A DNA stretch of 64,000 nucleotides from an uncultured Chloroflexia bacterium (GTDB lineage Bacteria > Chloroflexota > Limnocylindria > Limnocylindrales > CSP1-4): contig CAVUSI010000002.1 of NCBI GenBank assembly GCA_963744115.1, positions 675,641-739,640 of the forward strand. Direction: 5' to 3'. Positions 42,312 to 53,033 of this stretch are shown piece by piece. Under the pieces are notes generated by a model. It was not told the DNA's origin and made no database searches. It saw only the letters and a program-made list of their open reading frames with translations. Each line of letters starts with the position of its first letter. Position 1 is the first letter of the stretch. The position numbers were made by a program, and so were the translations under genes.

Positions 42312-43512
42312 GTGATCGCGGCCAGGCTCCCGGCCATCTTCGGCATCGCCGGGTTCCCGGCGTTGTGGGTCAGCCTGTCGCTGGCCGGCCTGGCGGCCTC
42401 GATCAGCCAGATCGCCCTGTCCTGGACGACCCTCGAGCTGACCGCCTCGCCGGTCGGCGTGGCGCTGACCCTGGCGGTCCGGATGGTGCCGTCGCTCCTG
42501 CTCGGGATCCCGCTCGGGGCGGTCAGCGACCGGGTCGACCGGCGACGCCTCATCCGCACGGCGAACCTCGTGGCCGGCGGCGTCGGTCTCCTCGTGGCCG
42601 GCCTCGCGTTCGGCGGCCTCCTCGGCGTTCCCGCGATCGTGGCGTTCAGCTTCGTGTTCGGGATCATCGACACCGCCCGGACGACCGCGACGCAGGCCTA
42701 CGTCTACGACCTCGTCGGTCCCGACCGGGCGACGAACGGGCTCGCGATGTCGAACCTCGGGGCGCAGCTGTTCGGGTCGGCGGGCGCGATCCTCGGCGGC
42801 GTCCTGATCGCCGCCGGCGGGCTCGGCTCCGGGTTCGGCGTCGCGACCGCCTGCTGGCTGGTCGGGGCGATCGTCCTCGGCCGGACGCACGCGCCCGGCA
42901 GCGTCGTCGTCGATCGGCTGACGCCGAGCGCCCGCAGCGCACTGACGCTGCTCGGACGCAACCGCGAGGTCCGCTGGATCCTGGCCATGGTGATCGTCAC
43001 CGAGGTCCTCGGGTTCTCGAGCATGACCCTGACCCCGACCTTCGCCCGGGACGTGCTCGACGTCGGGGCCGCCGGGCTGGGCGTCCTCGTCGGCGGGTCG
43101 ATCGATCGGGGCCGTCGTCGGGCTGCTCCGGCTGGCGCGCGTCGGCGCGGGGACCCGGACGGGCCGGCTGCTGCTCGTCCTCGGCGCGGCGTTCGGGCTG
43201 CTGCTCGTCGCCTTCGCCCTGAGCGGGCTCTTCCCGGTCTCGCTCGTGGTCATGTTCGTCATCGGGGCGGTCGCCGCCGGGGTGGACACGCTCGCCCAGA
43301 CGCTCCTCCAGCACGCGACCGACGACCATGAGCGCGGGGCGTCGATGGGCGTCTGGGTCTTCGGGGTCGGCTTCGGGCCGATCGGGTTCATCGGTCTGGG
43401 CGCGGCTGCGGCGGCCTTCGGCGCTCCCGCCGCGCAGGCCGTCGCCGGGGCGCTCCTCGTCGCGATGACCCTGATCGTCGCCGTCGCCGGCCCGATCCGC
43501 CGCCTCCGCTGA
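42312..43512 (+). CDS. MFS transporter (frameshift ~43100)
   Basis: GAVSDRVDRRRLI motif A, continuous hydrophobic helices across two frames, TLLQHATDDHERG. Confidence 0.85.
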
Positions 43513-43547
43513 GGGGTCGTTTCCCGGTCCCGCGGTACCCTTGGCCG

Positions 43548-44783
43548 ATGACCCAGCGTCCCAGGCTCCTCGCCGCGCTCGGGGCGCTGGTGTTCGTCGG
43601 CGTCCTCGGCGGGCTGCTCATCGGCGGGGTCATCGGGCCGACGGCCGGGAGCCCCCAGGGTGGCTCGGGGAGCCCCGGTGGCGGGAGCGCGATCGGCGCC
43701 GCGACCCCGACGCCCGTCGCCACCCCGCGACCGAAGCCCGGTCACGAGGTCTTCGGCTTCGTGCCGTACTGGGAGATGGACGAGCGGATCGCCGCCCACC
43801 TCGCCACGACCGACCTGACGACGCTCGCCCTGTTCTCCGTCTCGAACCTGCGGACCGGCGCGATCGACACGGCCGGCAAGGGCTACCTCAAGATCACCGG
43901 ACCGCTCGGTCAGCAGCTGATCTCCGAAGCACACGACCGGGGCACCCGGGTCGAGATCGTGTTCAGCAGCTTCGGCGCGACCAAGAACAAGCGGCTGTTC
44001 GGCTCGCTCAAGATCCAGGACGCGGTCATCAAGGACCTCGTCGCGCTCGTGGGTTCGACGAAGACCGACGGCGTCAACGTCGATGTCGAGCAGCTCGACG
44101 GGAGCCTCGTCCAGGCGTACGGGGCGTTCGTCGGCCGGCTGCGGGCCGCGCTCGTCGCCGTCCAGCCGGCGGCCCAGGTCTCGGTCGCCACGCCCGCCAA
44201 CGCCGGCGGCGCCGAGATGGCCGCGGCCGCCAGCGCGGCCGCCGCGGACCGGATCTTCCTGATGGGCTACGACTACCACTACTCGGGGTCGGCGCCCGGA
44301 GCCTCGGCGCCGATCGCCCGCCGAGATGGGAGCGAGAAGGACCTCAACTGGTCGCTGAACCTGTACGAGGCGCTCGGGGTGCCGGTGGAGAAGACGATCC
44401 TGGGCCTGCCGCTGTACGGGATGGCCTGGCCGGTGACCGGCCCGGAGGTGGCGGCGGCGCAGACCGGCAAGGGCGTCGCCTGGTTCCCGAGCGACCATCT
44501 CGACATCCTCCAGGACCCGACGATCGTCCCCGTCCTCGACGACATCGAGCAGGTGATGGTCTACACGCTCCCGGTCGACAAGAGCGGGGTGCCGACGGCC
44601 GACCCGAGCCCGGCCGGCTGGCTGGCGATCTACGTCGACTCGCCGGCGACGCTGACGCCCAAGGTCCGCCTCGCCAATGAGCGCGGCCTGGCGGGCGTCG
44701 GCTTCTGGGCGATCGGCTACGAGCAGGGCCTGCCCGACTTCACCGGGTTGATCACGGACTTCCGGGCCGGCAAGCTGGACTAG
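43548..44783 (+). CDS. GH18-family glycosyl hydrolase, membrane-anchored
   Basis: DGVNVDVE catalytic-type motif, LMGYDYH, LGLPLYG, GVGFWAIG. Confidence 0.85.
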   Translation: MTQRPRLLAALGALVFVGVLGGLLIGGVIGPTAGSPQGGSGSPGGGSAIGAATPTPVATPRPKPGHEVFGFVPYWEMDERIAAHLATTDLTTLALFSVSNLRTGAIDTAGKGYLKITGPLGQQLISEAHDRGTRVEIVFSSFGATKNKRLFGSLKIQDAVIKDLVALVGSTKTDGVNVDVEQLDGSLVQAYGAFVGRLRAALVAVQPAAQVSVATPANAGGAEMAAAASAAAADRIFLMGYDYHYSGSAPGASAPIARRDGSEKDLNWSLNLYEALGVPVEKTILGLPLYGMAWPVTGPEVAAAQTGKGVAWFPSDHLDILQDPTIVPVLDDIEQVMVYTLPVDKSGVPTADPSPAGWLAIYVDSPATLTPKVRLANERGLAGVGFWAIGYEQGLPDFTGLITDFRAGKLD

Positions 44784-44881
44784 GGCCGCGGCCGGCGCGG
44801 CGGTGTCCCGCACGGCCGTGCGACCGGGTATCGTCGGTGTGCCGGACCACGGCCGCGCCACCATCCGGAGGACCCGCCCCG

Positions 44882-46222
44882 ATGCCCTTCCCACCCGGCT
44901 TCCTGTGGGGCGCCGCGACCGCCAGCTACCAGATCGAAGGCGCCGTGTCCGAAGGCGGCCGCGGCGAGTCGATCTGGGACCGGTTCAGCCACACCCCGGG
45001 CATGATCGAGAACGGGGATACGGGCGACGTCGCCGACGACCACTACCACCGGTCCGGGGCGGACGTGGACCTGATCGCCGACCTGGGCCTCAAGGCGTAC
45101 CGCTTCAGCATCGCCTGGCCGCGACTGTTCCCCGACGGCGACCGCCGGCTCAACCAGGCCGGGCTCGACTTCTACCAGCGTCTCGTCGACCGGTTGCTCG
45201 AGCGCGGGATCGCCCCGATGGCGACGCTCTACCACTGGGACCTGCCGCAGGCGCTCCAGGATCGCCAGGGCGGCTGGGTCAGCCGCGACACCGCCAGCCG
45301 GTTCGTCGACTACGCCGACGCGGCGTTCGCGGCGCTCGGGGATCGGGTCGGCCACTGGGTCACGCTCAACGAGCCGTGGGTCTCGTCGTTCCTCGGGTAC
45401 CACGAGGGACGGCATGCGCCGGGGGTCCAGGACCTGACGAGCGCCCTGCGGGCGGCCCATCACCTGCTGCTGGGTCACGCCGGGGCGGTCGACGCGTTCC
45501 GCGCCCGCAGGCTGCCCGGCGAGATCGGTCTGGTGCTGAACCTCGATCCCGTCGACCCGGCGTCCGACCGGGAAGCGGACGAGCGCGCCGCGATCCTGTT
45601 CGACGGCAACCTCAACCGCTGGTTCCTCGACGCGGTGTTCCGTGGCAGCTATCCGGCCGACATGGTCGACCACTACGTCGGGCACGGGGCGGACCTGGAG
45701 TTCGTCCAGCCGGGCGACCTCGAGTCGATCGCCCGGCCGCTCGACTTCCTCGGCGTGAACTACTACTTCCGGAACATCGTCCGCGCGACGACCGATGGGC
45801 TGGGCTGGGACGCGCAGCGAGCGCCCGAGGGGGTCGAGACCTCGAACATCGGTTGGGCGATCCGGCCGGACGGCCTGCGCGACATCCTGGCGCGACTGCG
45901 GGCTGACTATCCGGCGATCCCGACGTACGTCACGGAGAACGGGATCGCCCTGGACGACGAGGTGGGCGCCGACGGCGGCGTGGACGATCCCCGGCGGATC
46001 GCGTTTCTCGAGGGCCACTTCGCGGCGGCGGAGGAGGCGATCGGGGCGGGGACGGACCTGCGCGGCTACTTCGTCTGGTCGCTCCTCGACAACTTCGAGT
46101 GGGCGTTGGGGTATCGGCCGCGCTTCGGGCTCGTCTACGTGGACTTCGAGACCCAGGAGCGGATCCCCAAGGCGAGTGCCCGCTGGTACTCGGGCGTCAT
46201 CGCGGCCAACGGTTTGGGGTAG
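44882..46222 (+). CDS. beta-glucosidase, GH1
   Basis: WGAATASYQIEG, YRFSIAWPR, TLNEP, VTENG, WSLLDNFEW. Confidence 0.96.
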   Translation: MPFPPGFLWGAATASYQIEGAVSEGGRGESIWDRFSHTPGMIENGDTGDVADDHYHRSGADVDLIADLGLKAYRFSIAWPRLFPDGDRRLNQAGLDFYQRLVDRLLERGIAPMATLYHWDLPQALQDRQGGWVSRDTASRFVDYADAAFAALGDRVGHWVTLNEPWVSSFLGYHEGRHAPGVQDLTSALRAAHHLLLGHAGAVDAFRARRLPGEIGLVLNLDPVDPASDREADERAAILFDGNLNRWFLDAVFRGSYPADMVDHYVGHGADLEFVQPGDLESIARPLDFLGVNYYFRNIVRATTDGLGWDAQRAPEGVETSNIGWAIRPDGLRDILARLRADYPAIPTYVTENGIALDDEVGADGGVDDPRRIAFLEGHFAAAEEAIGAGTDLRGYFVWSLLDNFEWALGYRPRFGLVYVDFETQERIPKASARWYSGVIAANGLG

Positions 46223-46234
46223 GGTCACCCGCCG

Positions 46235-46395
46235 TGATGCGGCTCGGCGCATCGGGAAGGGCGGGCGGGTCCTCCTCGCCCGTGATGCGGCTCGGCGCAT
46301 CGGGAAGGGCGGGCGGGTCCTCCTCCACGTGATGCGGCTCGGCGCATCGGTCACGGCGGAGTGGGCCCGCTCGGGCTGATGCGGCTCGGCGCATC
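46235..46395 (+). repeat. array of 4 x 19-bp hairpin repeat TGATGCGGCTCGGCGCATC, period 47-48 bp
   Basis: Copies at 46235, 46283, 46330 and 46377 with spacers of 29, 28 and 28 nt. The first two spacers are near-identical. Confidence 0.9.
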
Positions 46396-46485
46396 ACCCG
46401 CGCCGAAGCCTTCGGCGGCCCGTGCGGGCCACTACCATGGCAGCGCCCACGACCGAGTGTTCGACGCCGAGGAGGTTCAGCAGTC

Positions 46486-47367
46486 ATGACTGCCCAGGCA
46501 CCGGTGCTCCGCCGGCACGGCAATGCCTACAACATCTTCATCCTCGTCCTGACCATCTACTCGTTGGCGCTGATGGTCCTGCTGATCCTGCCGCTCGATC
46601 CGGAAACGCACGCCCTGATCAACCTCTACGACAACGCCATCTGCGTCATCTTCCTGATCGACTTCGGGTTCAATCTCACCGGCGCGAAGCCCAAACGGGC
46701 CTACTTCATCAAGCAGAGGGGCTGGCTCGACCTCCTCGGATCGATCCCGAGCCTCGGCTTCATCCCGTTCACCGCGCTCTTCCGCTTGGCTCGCCTCAGC
46801 CGGCTCGGTCGGATCACCCGCCTGTTGGGCGGCCAAGCCGGCAAGGACCTCGTCCTTGATGTGCTCAAGAACCGCAGCCAGTACGCGACGTTCATCACGA
46901 TCCTGCTCGCCGGGATGGTCCTGTCGATCGCCAGCATCCTCATCCTGCAGGAGGAGAGCCGCTCGGCCGGCGCGAATATCCAGACCGGTGGTGAGGCCAT
47001 CTGGTGGGGCATCGTGACGATCACCACGGTCGGCTACGGCGACTACTACCCGGTCACGACCCTCGGGCGCATCACCGCGGTCTTCGTGATGTTCGCCGGC
47101 ATCGGGATCATCGGCGCCCTCGCCAGCATCCTGGCGAGCCTGCTGGTCGCGCCGCCGGCGCCCGACGAGCCCGCCCCGGAGAAGGTGCCGACCCCGGAGC
47201 CCCAGGACGCGCCGGCGCTGCAGGTGGCATCGGTCCCGACGCCGGTAGTCGCGACCGCGTCGACCGGCACCATCGCCGAGGAGCTGGCGGGCCTGCGGGC
47301 CGAGATGGCCGGTCAGCGGGCCGAGATCGCGGCCCTCCGGGCCTCACTGGGGAGCGGAGGGAGCTGA
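46486..47367 (+). CDS. voltage-gated-type potassium channel (ion transporter)
   Basis: S4 FRLARLSRLGRITR, selectivity filter TTVGYGD, C-terminal coiled coil. Confidence 0.93.
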   Translation: MTAQAPVLRRHGNAYNIFILVLTIYSLALMVLLILPLDPETHALINLYDNAICVIFLIDFGFNLTGAKPKRAYFIKQRGWLDLLGSIPSLGFIPFTALFRLARLSRLGRITRLLGGQAGKDLVLDVLKNRSQYATFITILLAGMVLSIASILILQEESRSAGANIQTGGEAIWWGIVTITTVGYGDYYPVTTLGRITAVFVMFAGIGIIGALASILASLLVAPPAPDEPAPEKVPTPEPQDAPALQVASVPTPVVATASTGTIAEELAGLRAEMAGQRAEIAALRASLGSGGS

Positions 47368-47384
47368 GGGCCGACCCGATCGCC

Positions 47385-47553
47385 GATGCGCCGGCTGCAT
47401 CACCGGGAGCGCCAAACGCCCGCCCACGCGATGCGCCGAGCCGCATCAAGCGCGGCGGAAGACCCCCCGGCGCCGACGCCTCTGATGCGCCGAGCCGCAT
47501 CACCGGCGGCGACAACCCCCCGGCGCGGCCCGCCGATGCGCCGAGCCGCATCA
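47385..47553 (-). repeat. second array of the same 19-bp repeat in inverted orientation (4 copies)
   Basis: GATGCGCCGAGCCGCATCA at 47430, 47484 and 47535, degenerate copy at 47385. Periods 45, 54 and 51. Confidence 0.88.
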
Positions 47554-47580
47554 CGCGTGGACCCCATGCGATACTGAGCC

Positions 47581-48264
47581 ATGCCCGTTCGCACGGTCAT
47601 CGAACACGGGCCCAAGGACAAGCGCTCGGTCGCCTTCACGGTCGACTGGCCAGGCTGGAGTCGGGGCGCGAAGAGCGCCGAGATCGCCCTGGAGACGCTC
47701 GAGTCCTATCGGCAGCGCTACCGGCCGATCGCGGATCTCGCCGGGATGGCAGGTGAGTTCGACGCTGCCGGACCCCTCGAGATCGTCGAGGAGAAGGTCG
47801 GGACCGGCTCGGTCGACTTCTGGGGCATCTCCTTCTCGCCCTCCGCGACCGAGCACGGGCCGATGACCGAGGCGGACTTCGACCGCGCGATCACGCTCCT
47901 GCGAGCCTGCTGGACGTTCTTCGACGGTGTCGCCGCGCGGGTCTCGCCGGTGATGCGCAAGGGCCCCCGCGGGGGAGGCCGCGACCGCGATCGGATCATC
48001 CGCCACACCATCCGCACCGAGAGCGAGGACTTCGCCAAGCAGGTCGGCCTGCGGATCCCGGAGGAGGCGGCACTCACCCCGGAGGGACTGCGGCAGCATC
48101 GCGAGACCTACGTCGCGGCGATGCGCGCGTACAACGCCGGGGAAGTGACGAAGCAGATGCGGTCGTGGACGCTGCCGTTCCTCATCCGACATTCCGGCTT
48201 CCACACGCTCGACCATGCGTGGGAGATGGAGGACAAGGACCTGTCGGCTGAGGGCGGCGCCTGA
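47581..48264 (+). CDS. conserved hypothetical protein
   Basis: AFTVDWPGWSRG, RKGPRGGGRDRDRIIRH, LIRHSGFHTLDHAWEMED. Codon pattern is gene-like. Confidence 0.75.
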   Translation: MPVRTVIEHGPKDKRSVAFTVDWPGWSRGAKSAEIALETLESYRQRYRPIADLAGMAGEFDAAGPLEIVEEKVGTGSVDFWGISFSPSATEHGPMTEADFDRAITLLRACWTFFDGVAARVSPVMRKGPRGGGRDRDRIIRHTIRTESEDFAKQVGLRIPEEAALTPEGLRQHRETYVAAMRAYNAGEVTKQMRSWTLPFLIRHSGFHTLDHAWEMEDKDLSAEGGA

Positions 48265-48333
48265 GATCGGGCCGATCGGCCCTTCCATCGCTCGCCGGGC
48301 GTGGCTACCCTCGACCGTGGAGGTACCTTCACC

Positions 48334-49143
48334 ATGCTCAAGCGGATCGTCGTCGGATCAAGCCTCGCCTTCGCGGCCTGGGGCGTCTATCGCAGGATCA
48401 ACCGGTGGTCGTCGACGTGGGGCGTCGACGAGGCCGAGCAGGCTAGAGCGCTCCCCGGCGACGAGATCGTCCCGGATGGAACGAACCTGCTGACCCGCGG
48501 CATCACGATCGATGCGCCGCCCGAGAGCGTCTGGCCCTGGCTCGTCCAGATGGGCTATGGCCGCGCCGGCTGGTACAGCTACGACCGGCTCGACATGAAG
48601 GGCCTGAGCGCCGATCGGATCCTCCCCGAGCTGCAGAAGCTCGAGGTCGGCGACCGGCTCCCGACCCACGAGGACGGCGGCTTCGAGGTCAAGGTCCTCG
48701 AACCGAACAAGGCGCTCGTGGTCTATCTCGACACGGCCCTCGTCGAGAGCTGGCAGAAGAAGCCCGCCGAGTCGATCTCCGCGACCGACACCCCCGGCCT
48801 GGCGGCGTCCGGCAACTTCCTCGGTGCGGCATCGCCGCAGGAGTTCAAGGTCAGCTGGGCCTTCGTGCTCGAGCCGGCCGGGCCCGGGCGGACCCGCCTG
48901 ATCGAGCGCACCCGCGGCTGGTTCGGCAAGGGCAACCCCGGAACGAAGGTGCTCATGCCGACGCTCGGCTTCGGCGTCTTCGTCATGGAGCGCCGCCAGA
49001 TGCTCGGGATCAAGCAGCGGGTGGAGCGCAGCGCGCACTTCGACAAGGTCGAGGGTGAGGCCGCCATCCCCACCACGATGACCACCATCGCCAAGAACGG
49101 CGCATCCGACCATCCCGTCATCGAGCCGTCGACCGCCGGCTGA
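48334..49143 (+). CDS. SRPBCC-like protein
   Basis: LPGDEIV, ITIDAPPESVWPWLVQMGYGRAGWYSYD, SWAFVL, MERRQMLGIKQRVE. Confidence 0.8.
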   Translation: MLKRIVVGSSLAFAAWGVYRRINRWSSTWGVDEAEQARALPGDEIVPDGTNLLTRGITIDAPPESVWPWLVQMGYGRAGWYSYDRLDMKGLSADRILPELQKLEVGDRLPTHEDGGFEVKVLEPNKALVVYLDTALVESWQKKPAESISATDTPGLAASGNFLGAASPQEFKVSWAFVLEPAGPGRTRLIERTRGWFGKGNPGTKVLMPTLGFGVFVMERRQMLGIKQRVERSAHFDKVEGEAAIPTTMTTIAKNGASDHPVIEPSTAG

Positions 49144-49298
49144 TCGACGTCCACGCCCGATCGCCCGGCACCCCAGAGCCGGCCGATCCGGGCTCAGCTC
49201 GAGAGGCTTCGGCCCGCGACGTCGCGCTCACCGCGACCGGCGGGCCGATCCCTTGCCCGGCGCCTCGCGCCCAGTGCCCGGCGCCTCGTCCCGGCCGC

Positions 49299-51637
49299 CT
49301 ACTCGACCGGGACGACGATCACGTAGTTGTCGGTCTTCTTGGGATACGTCCCGAGCGGCCGCTTCCAGGGCAGGAAGTCCTGGTCCAGGTCGCCGACCTT
49401 GTACGTGGAATCGGGCGGCCGCGAGTACCCCCAGATCGACGACAGCCGCGGGTACCAGACGTCCTCGATCCGGACGGTCGAGACCGTGAAGTCGTCGGTC
49501 AGCGCGGGGTCGGCGCTGGCGGTGAACCCCGACATCACCCACGAGTGGGCGCCGCGCCAGACCATCAGCCCGGCGGGCCGGTTCGTCAGCCGGATCTGCT
49601 TGGCCGCGGTGTGGATCGCCGCCTTGATCGACGGCAGGATGTCCACCTCGTAGTTCCCATACCCGAGCTCGGTCAGGCCCTGCGCCCAGCCCTCGGGCTC
49701 CGCGGCGCCGTCGGGCGCCGGGTCGAGCGACCGGGTCAGGTCGAACACCTTCGATTGGGTGTCCCGGGTCGTGTCCGCGCCGTCGTCCATGATGTTCATC
49801 GAGGTCTGGACCGCCGCCGCCAGGCACCACGTGTCGTGGAACTCGCCGACGTAGTCGCCCTTCTCGTAGAGGTCCATCGAGAACGGGCCGCTCGCCGTCG
49901 GGGCAGGGGAGTCGCCGGGTGCCGCGGACGCGCCGGGGGCCGCCGACCCGCCTGGGTCGGTCGAGCCGCCCGAGCCCGGGACCGACGATCCGCCTGGACC
50001 GCCCGACGAGCCCGCAGCGCCACCCGACGCCGACGGCCGATGCGAGGCGATCGGCGGGACCGCCACGACCGCCGCGGGTGGCCGCTCCCTGGCCCACGGC
50101 GTGACGACCGGGGCGACCGCGAGCGTCGCGTCGTTGAGCGCCTTGCCGGTCGCGTAGACCGTGCCGACCGCCAGCAGCACGAGACCGACCGCCACGACCG
50201 CCTGGGTCGCCCGCCGCCGCACCGGGCGAGCCGCGAACCTCGAGCGTGTCGCGCGGCGTGTCCAGCGGCCGGACGCCGATCCGCGCCATCCGCGGGGCGA
50301 GCGCCGCGCTCAGGATCCCGACCTTGACCGCCATCCCGATCGCGAACGCCGCCGGGACCGCCGACAGGCCGATCGTCGGCGACAGCGTCTGGCCGGCGAT
50401 GACGATGACCACGAACCCGGCGATCGAGGCGAGCGTCGGCAGGATCGTGTTGTGGGTGGCGTACAGCGCCCGGCTGAGGAGATGGGTCAGGCTCTCGAAC
50501 GGGATCGAGAAGGCGAACACGGCCAGGATCGTCGTCGTCCGGGCGATGTCGTCCTCCTCGAACGCCCCACCGCCGAGCAGGATCCGGATCGCCGTCCCGC
50601 CGAACACGAACAGGACGAGTGCCGCGCCCGTCGTCAGGATCGCGATCACCGCGAAGTTGATCCCGAACACCCGGCCGAAGCCGCGCCGATCGCCGGACGC
50701 CGCGGCCGTCGACATGATCGGGAAGGCCGAGATCGCGAACGCCGCGCCGATCAGGCTGACCGGGACGCTCTGGAAGTTGCGGGCGAAGCTGACCGAGCTG
50801 ACCGAGCCGGGCGCCAGCGTCGAGGCGAGCGCCGTGAAGTAGAGGAAGGTCAGCGGCTCGATCGGATGGCTGACCATCTTCGGGATCATCAGCCGGATGA
50901 ACTCGCCGACCCCCTTGGCCCGGAGCGCGAAGCTCGACTCGCGGGCGGAACGGCGTCCGGTAGATGCCCGATGAGCCGAACGCCGAGATGCGCCAGCGCG
51001 CCGGCCAACGCCCCCACCGCCGCGGCGTAGATCCCGAGCTGCCCGTAGAGGAGCACCGTCCCGACGACGATCCCGCCGTTGTAGAGCAGCGGCGCCAGGC
51101 CGTAGGCGAAGAACCGGCCGTTGGCCACGAGGATCTCGCCGAGGACGATCGACGCGGCGAAGATCACCGGCGTGAAGCACATGATCCGGAACAGGTTCAC
51201 GTACATCGCCTGCTGATCCGGCGAGAAGCCGGGGGCGATGACCGCGACGGTCTGCGGCGCGAGGACGAACAGGATCGCCGACGCGACCGCCATGACCACG
51301 ACCGCCAGGGTCAGGATCGTCCGGGCGAACGCCTTGGCCGCTCGTCGGCCTGGGTCCGGAGCCCGATGAACACCGGGATGAACGGCGCGACGAGACCCCC
51401 GGCGACGAGCACGTCGAGGGCCAGCTCCGGCAGGACGAAGGCCGCGTTGTAGGCGTCGAGCTCGGGGCCGGCCCCGAAGGTCCGGGCGAAGATCCGATCG
51501 CGGACCAGGCCCATCGCGTAGCCCATGAACCCGAGCACCGACAGGACGATCGCGCCGCGGAAGAGCGCGGACGTCAGCAGCGTCCAGCCGCGCCGGATCA
51601 GGCTCGGTGGGCGGTCCGTGATGGCGGCGTTGTCCAG
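49299..51637 (-). CDS. murJ: MurJ/MviN lipid II flippase, apparently fused to a C39/papain-like peptidase domain (3 frameshifts)
   Basis: GLVRDRIFARTFGAGPELDAYNAAFVLPE, APLLYNGGI, FARNFQSVP, SRALYA across frames joined at ~51342 and ~50960. No stop follows the flippase domain; a shift at ~50240 leads into TM + WCLAAAVQ...WRGAHSWVMSGF...EDVW. Confidence 0.7.
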
Positions 51638-51824
51638 AGGTTCCTCCCCGGCCCGCGCGGGCCCGTCGCGTGAACCCTACGACGCCCGGGCGATCCTGCG
51701 GGTGTCGCAGGTGGTCCCGCGCCCGCCCGAAGGTGGTACCGGGCGTGGCACGGTGGTACCACCATCTGACGCCCGTATCAGCCCGGGCGGAGCCACGAGG
51801 CGCCCGCCCCAACCTGGTGATTCG

Positions 51825-52053
51825 GGTCGTTCCTTGCACCCCATGCAAGATCCCTGCTGCGGTTGCACGTGGTGCAAACAACAGCTTCGGACCCCGAGTG
51901 GTCAGGGTCATTCGGCTACGAACGTGCACCCTGTGCAAACCGCGCGCAGCTTCGAGACCGAAGACCCGATCCTTTGCACCCGGTGAACGTCTCATGCACG
52001 ACCGAGTCCCAGACCGCTGACGCGCTTCGGACGTGTGCATCGTGTGCAAACGG
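51825..52053. repeat. non-coding element A with five (T/G)TGCA-N5-TGCAA palindromes
   Basis: Sites at 51834, 51863, 51924, 51974 (degenerate right arm) and 52035. Confidence 0.85.
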
Positions 52054-52117
52054 CCCTGGCCCGCCCTCGGCGCCCCGCCCTTGGCGCCCGGCGCCTCGGG
52101 CGCGGTAGATTCGGGGC

Positions 52118-52942
52118 ATGTCGACGATCCGGATCGCGGTCGCCTCGACGCCGCTGACGGCGACGCTCGATGAGGCCGTGCCGGCGGCGGTCGCCGCGAT
52201 CGAGGAGGCCGGCCGGCTCGGCGCCCGGATCGTCTGCCTGCCCGAGACGGCCATTCCCGGACATCGCGTCCAGGCTCGGCCCGTGCCCGACGTGTCGGCC
52301 GAGGCGCTCGACGCCGCCCTGCGGGTGGTAGCCGACGCGGCTCGCCGCGCCGGGGTCGTGGCGATCGTCGGGACGGAGCGCCCCACGCCCGCCGGGCGCG
52401 AGATCGTGTCGGTCGTGATCGGTGCGGACGGCGCGCGGCTCGGCGTGCAGGCGAAGACGCAGATCGACCCGAGCGAGGAGGCGGACTACGTGCCGGGAGC
52501 CGGCCGCTGCGTCTTCACGGCGGAGGGCCTGACGTTCGGGATCGCCATCTGCCACGAGGCGTTCCGCTACCCGGAGATCGCCCGCTCGCTCGCGCTCGCC
52601 GGTGCGCAGGTCATCTTCATCCCGCATTACGTGACGACCGACGACGGCTCGCTGCCGACCCGCTGGTGCGACGCCTCGAACCCCTACAACGAGAAGGCGA
52701 TCATGTGCCGGGCGCTCGAGAACACGGTCTTCGTCGCCGCGGCCGACGTCGCCGGACCCGACCAGGGCTCGATCACCGGGATCATCGCCCCGGACGGGAC
52801 GCTCGTCGCGAGCCTCGACTACGGCCGGGTCGGCGTCGTCGCCGCCGACATCGAGCTCGATCGGGCCGACCGCCTGCTCGCCCTGCGCTGGGCGCCGGAG
52901 CGCAACCTCGGGCCGCTGGATCGGTCCTCGGTCGAGGCCTGA
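52118..52942 (+). CDS. carbon-nitrogen hydrolase (nitrilase superfamily)
   Basis: CLPETAIPG (Glu), AKTQI (Lys), AICHE (Cys) triad, CRALENTVFVAAA. Confidence 0.9.
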   Translation: MSTIRIAVASTPLTATLDEAVPAAVAAIEEAGRLGARIVCLPETAIPGHRVQARPVPDVSAEALDAALRVVADAARRAGVVAIVGTERPTPAGREIVSVVIGADGARLGVQAKTQIDPSEEADYVPGAGRCVFTAEGLTFGIAICHEAFRYPEIARSLALAGAQVIFIPHYVTTDDGSLPTRWCDASNPYNEKAIMCRALENTVFVAAADVAGPDQGSITGIIAPDGTLVASLDYGRVGVVAADIELDRADRLLALRWAPERNLGPLDRSSVEA

Positions 52943-53033
52943 ACAGGGCCAGCGAATTGGCTCCCGCCGAGGCCTGAGGTCCGTCCACAGACCATCGCAG
53001 TCGCGGCAAGGGCCGAAGCCACGCGTCGGACTC

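Noticed and set aside
46235-47553. CRISPR array interpretation of the 19-bp repeats
   Set aside because: The repeat is shorter than typical CRISPR repeats, spacers are related or duplicated and vary in length, and there is no AT-rich leader or cas gene in the window.
44780-47756. Peptide repeats DAPSRIT / MRLGAS in track ORFs
   Set aside because: They are translations of the DNA hairpin repeats. Periods of 47 bp break the frame, so a repeat protein is unlikely.
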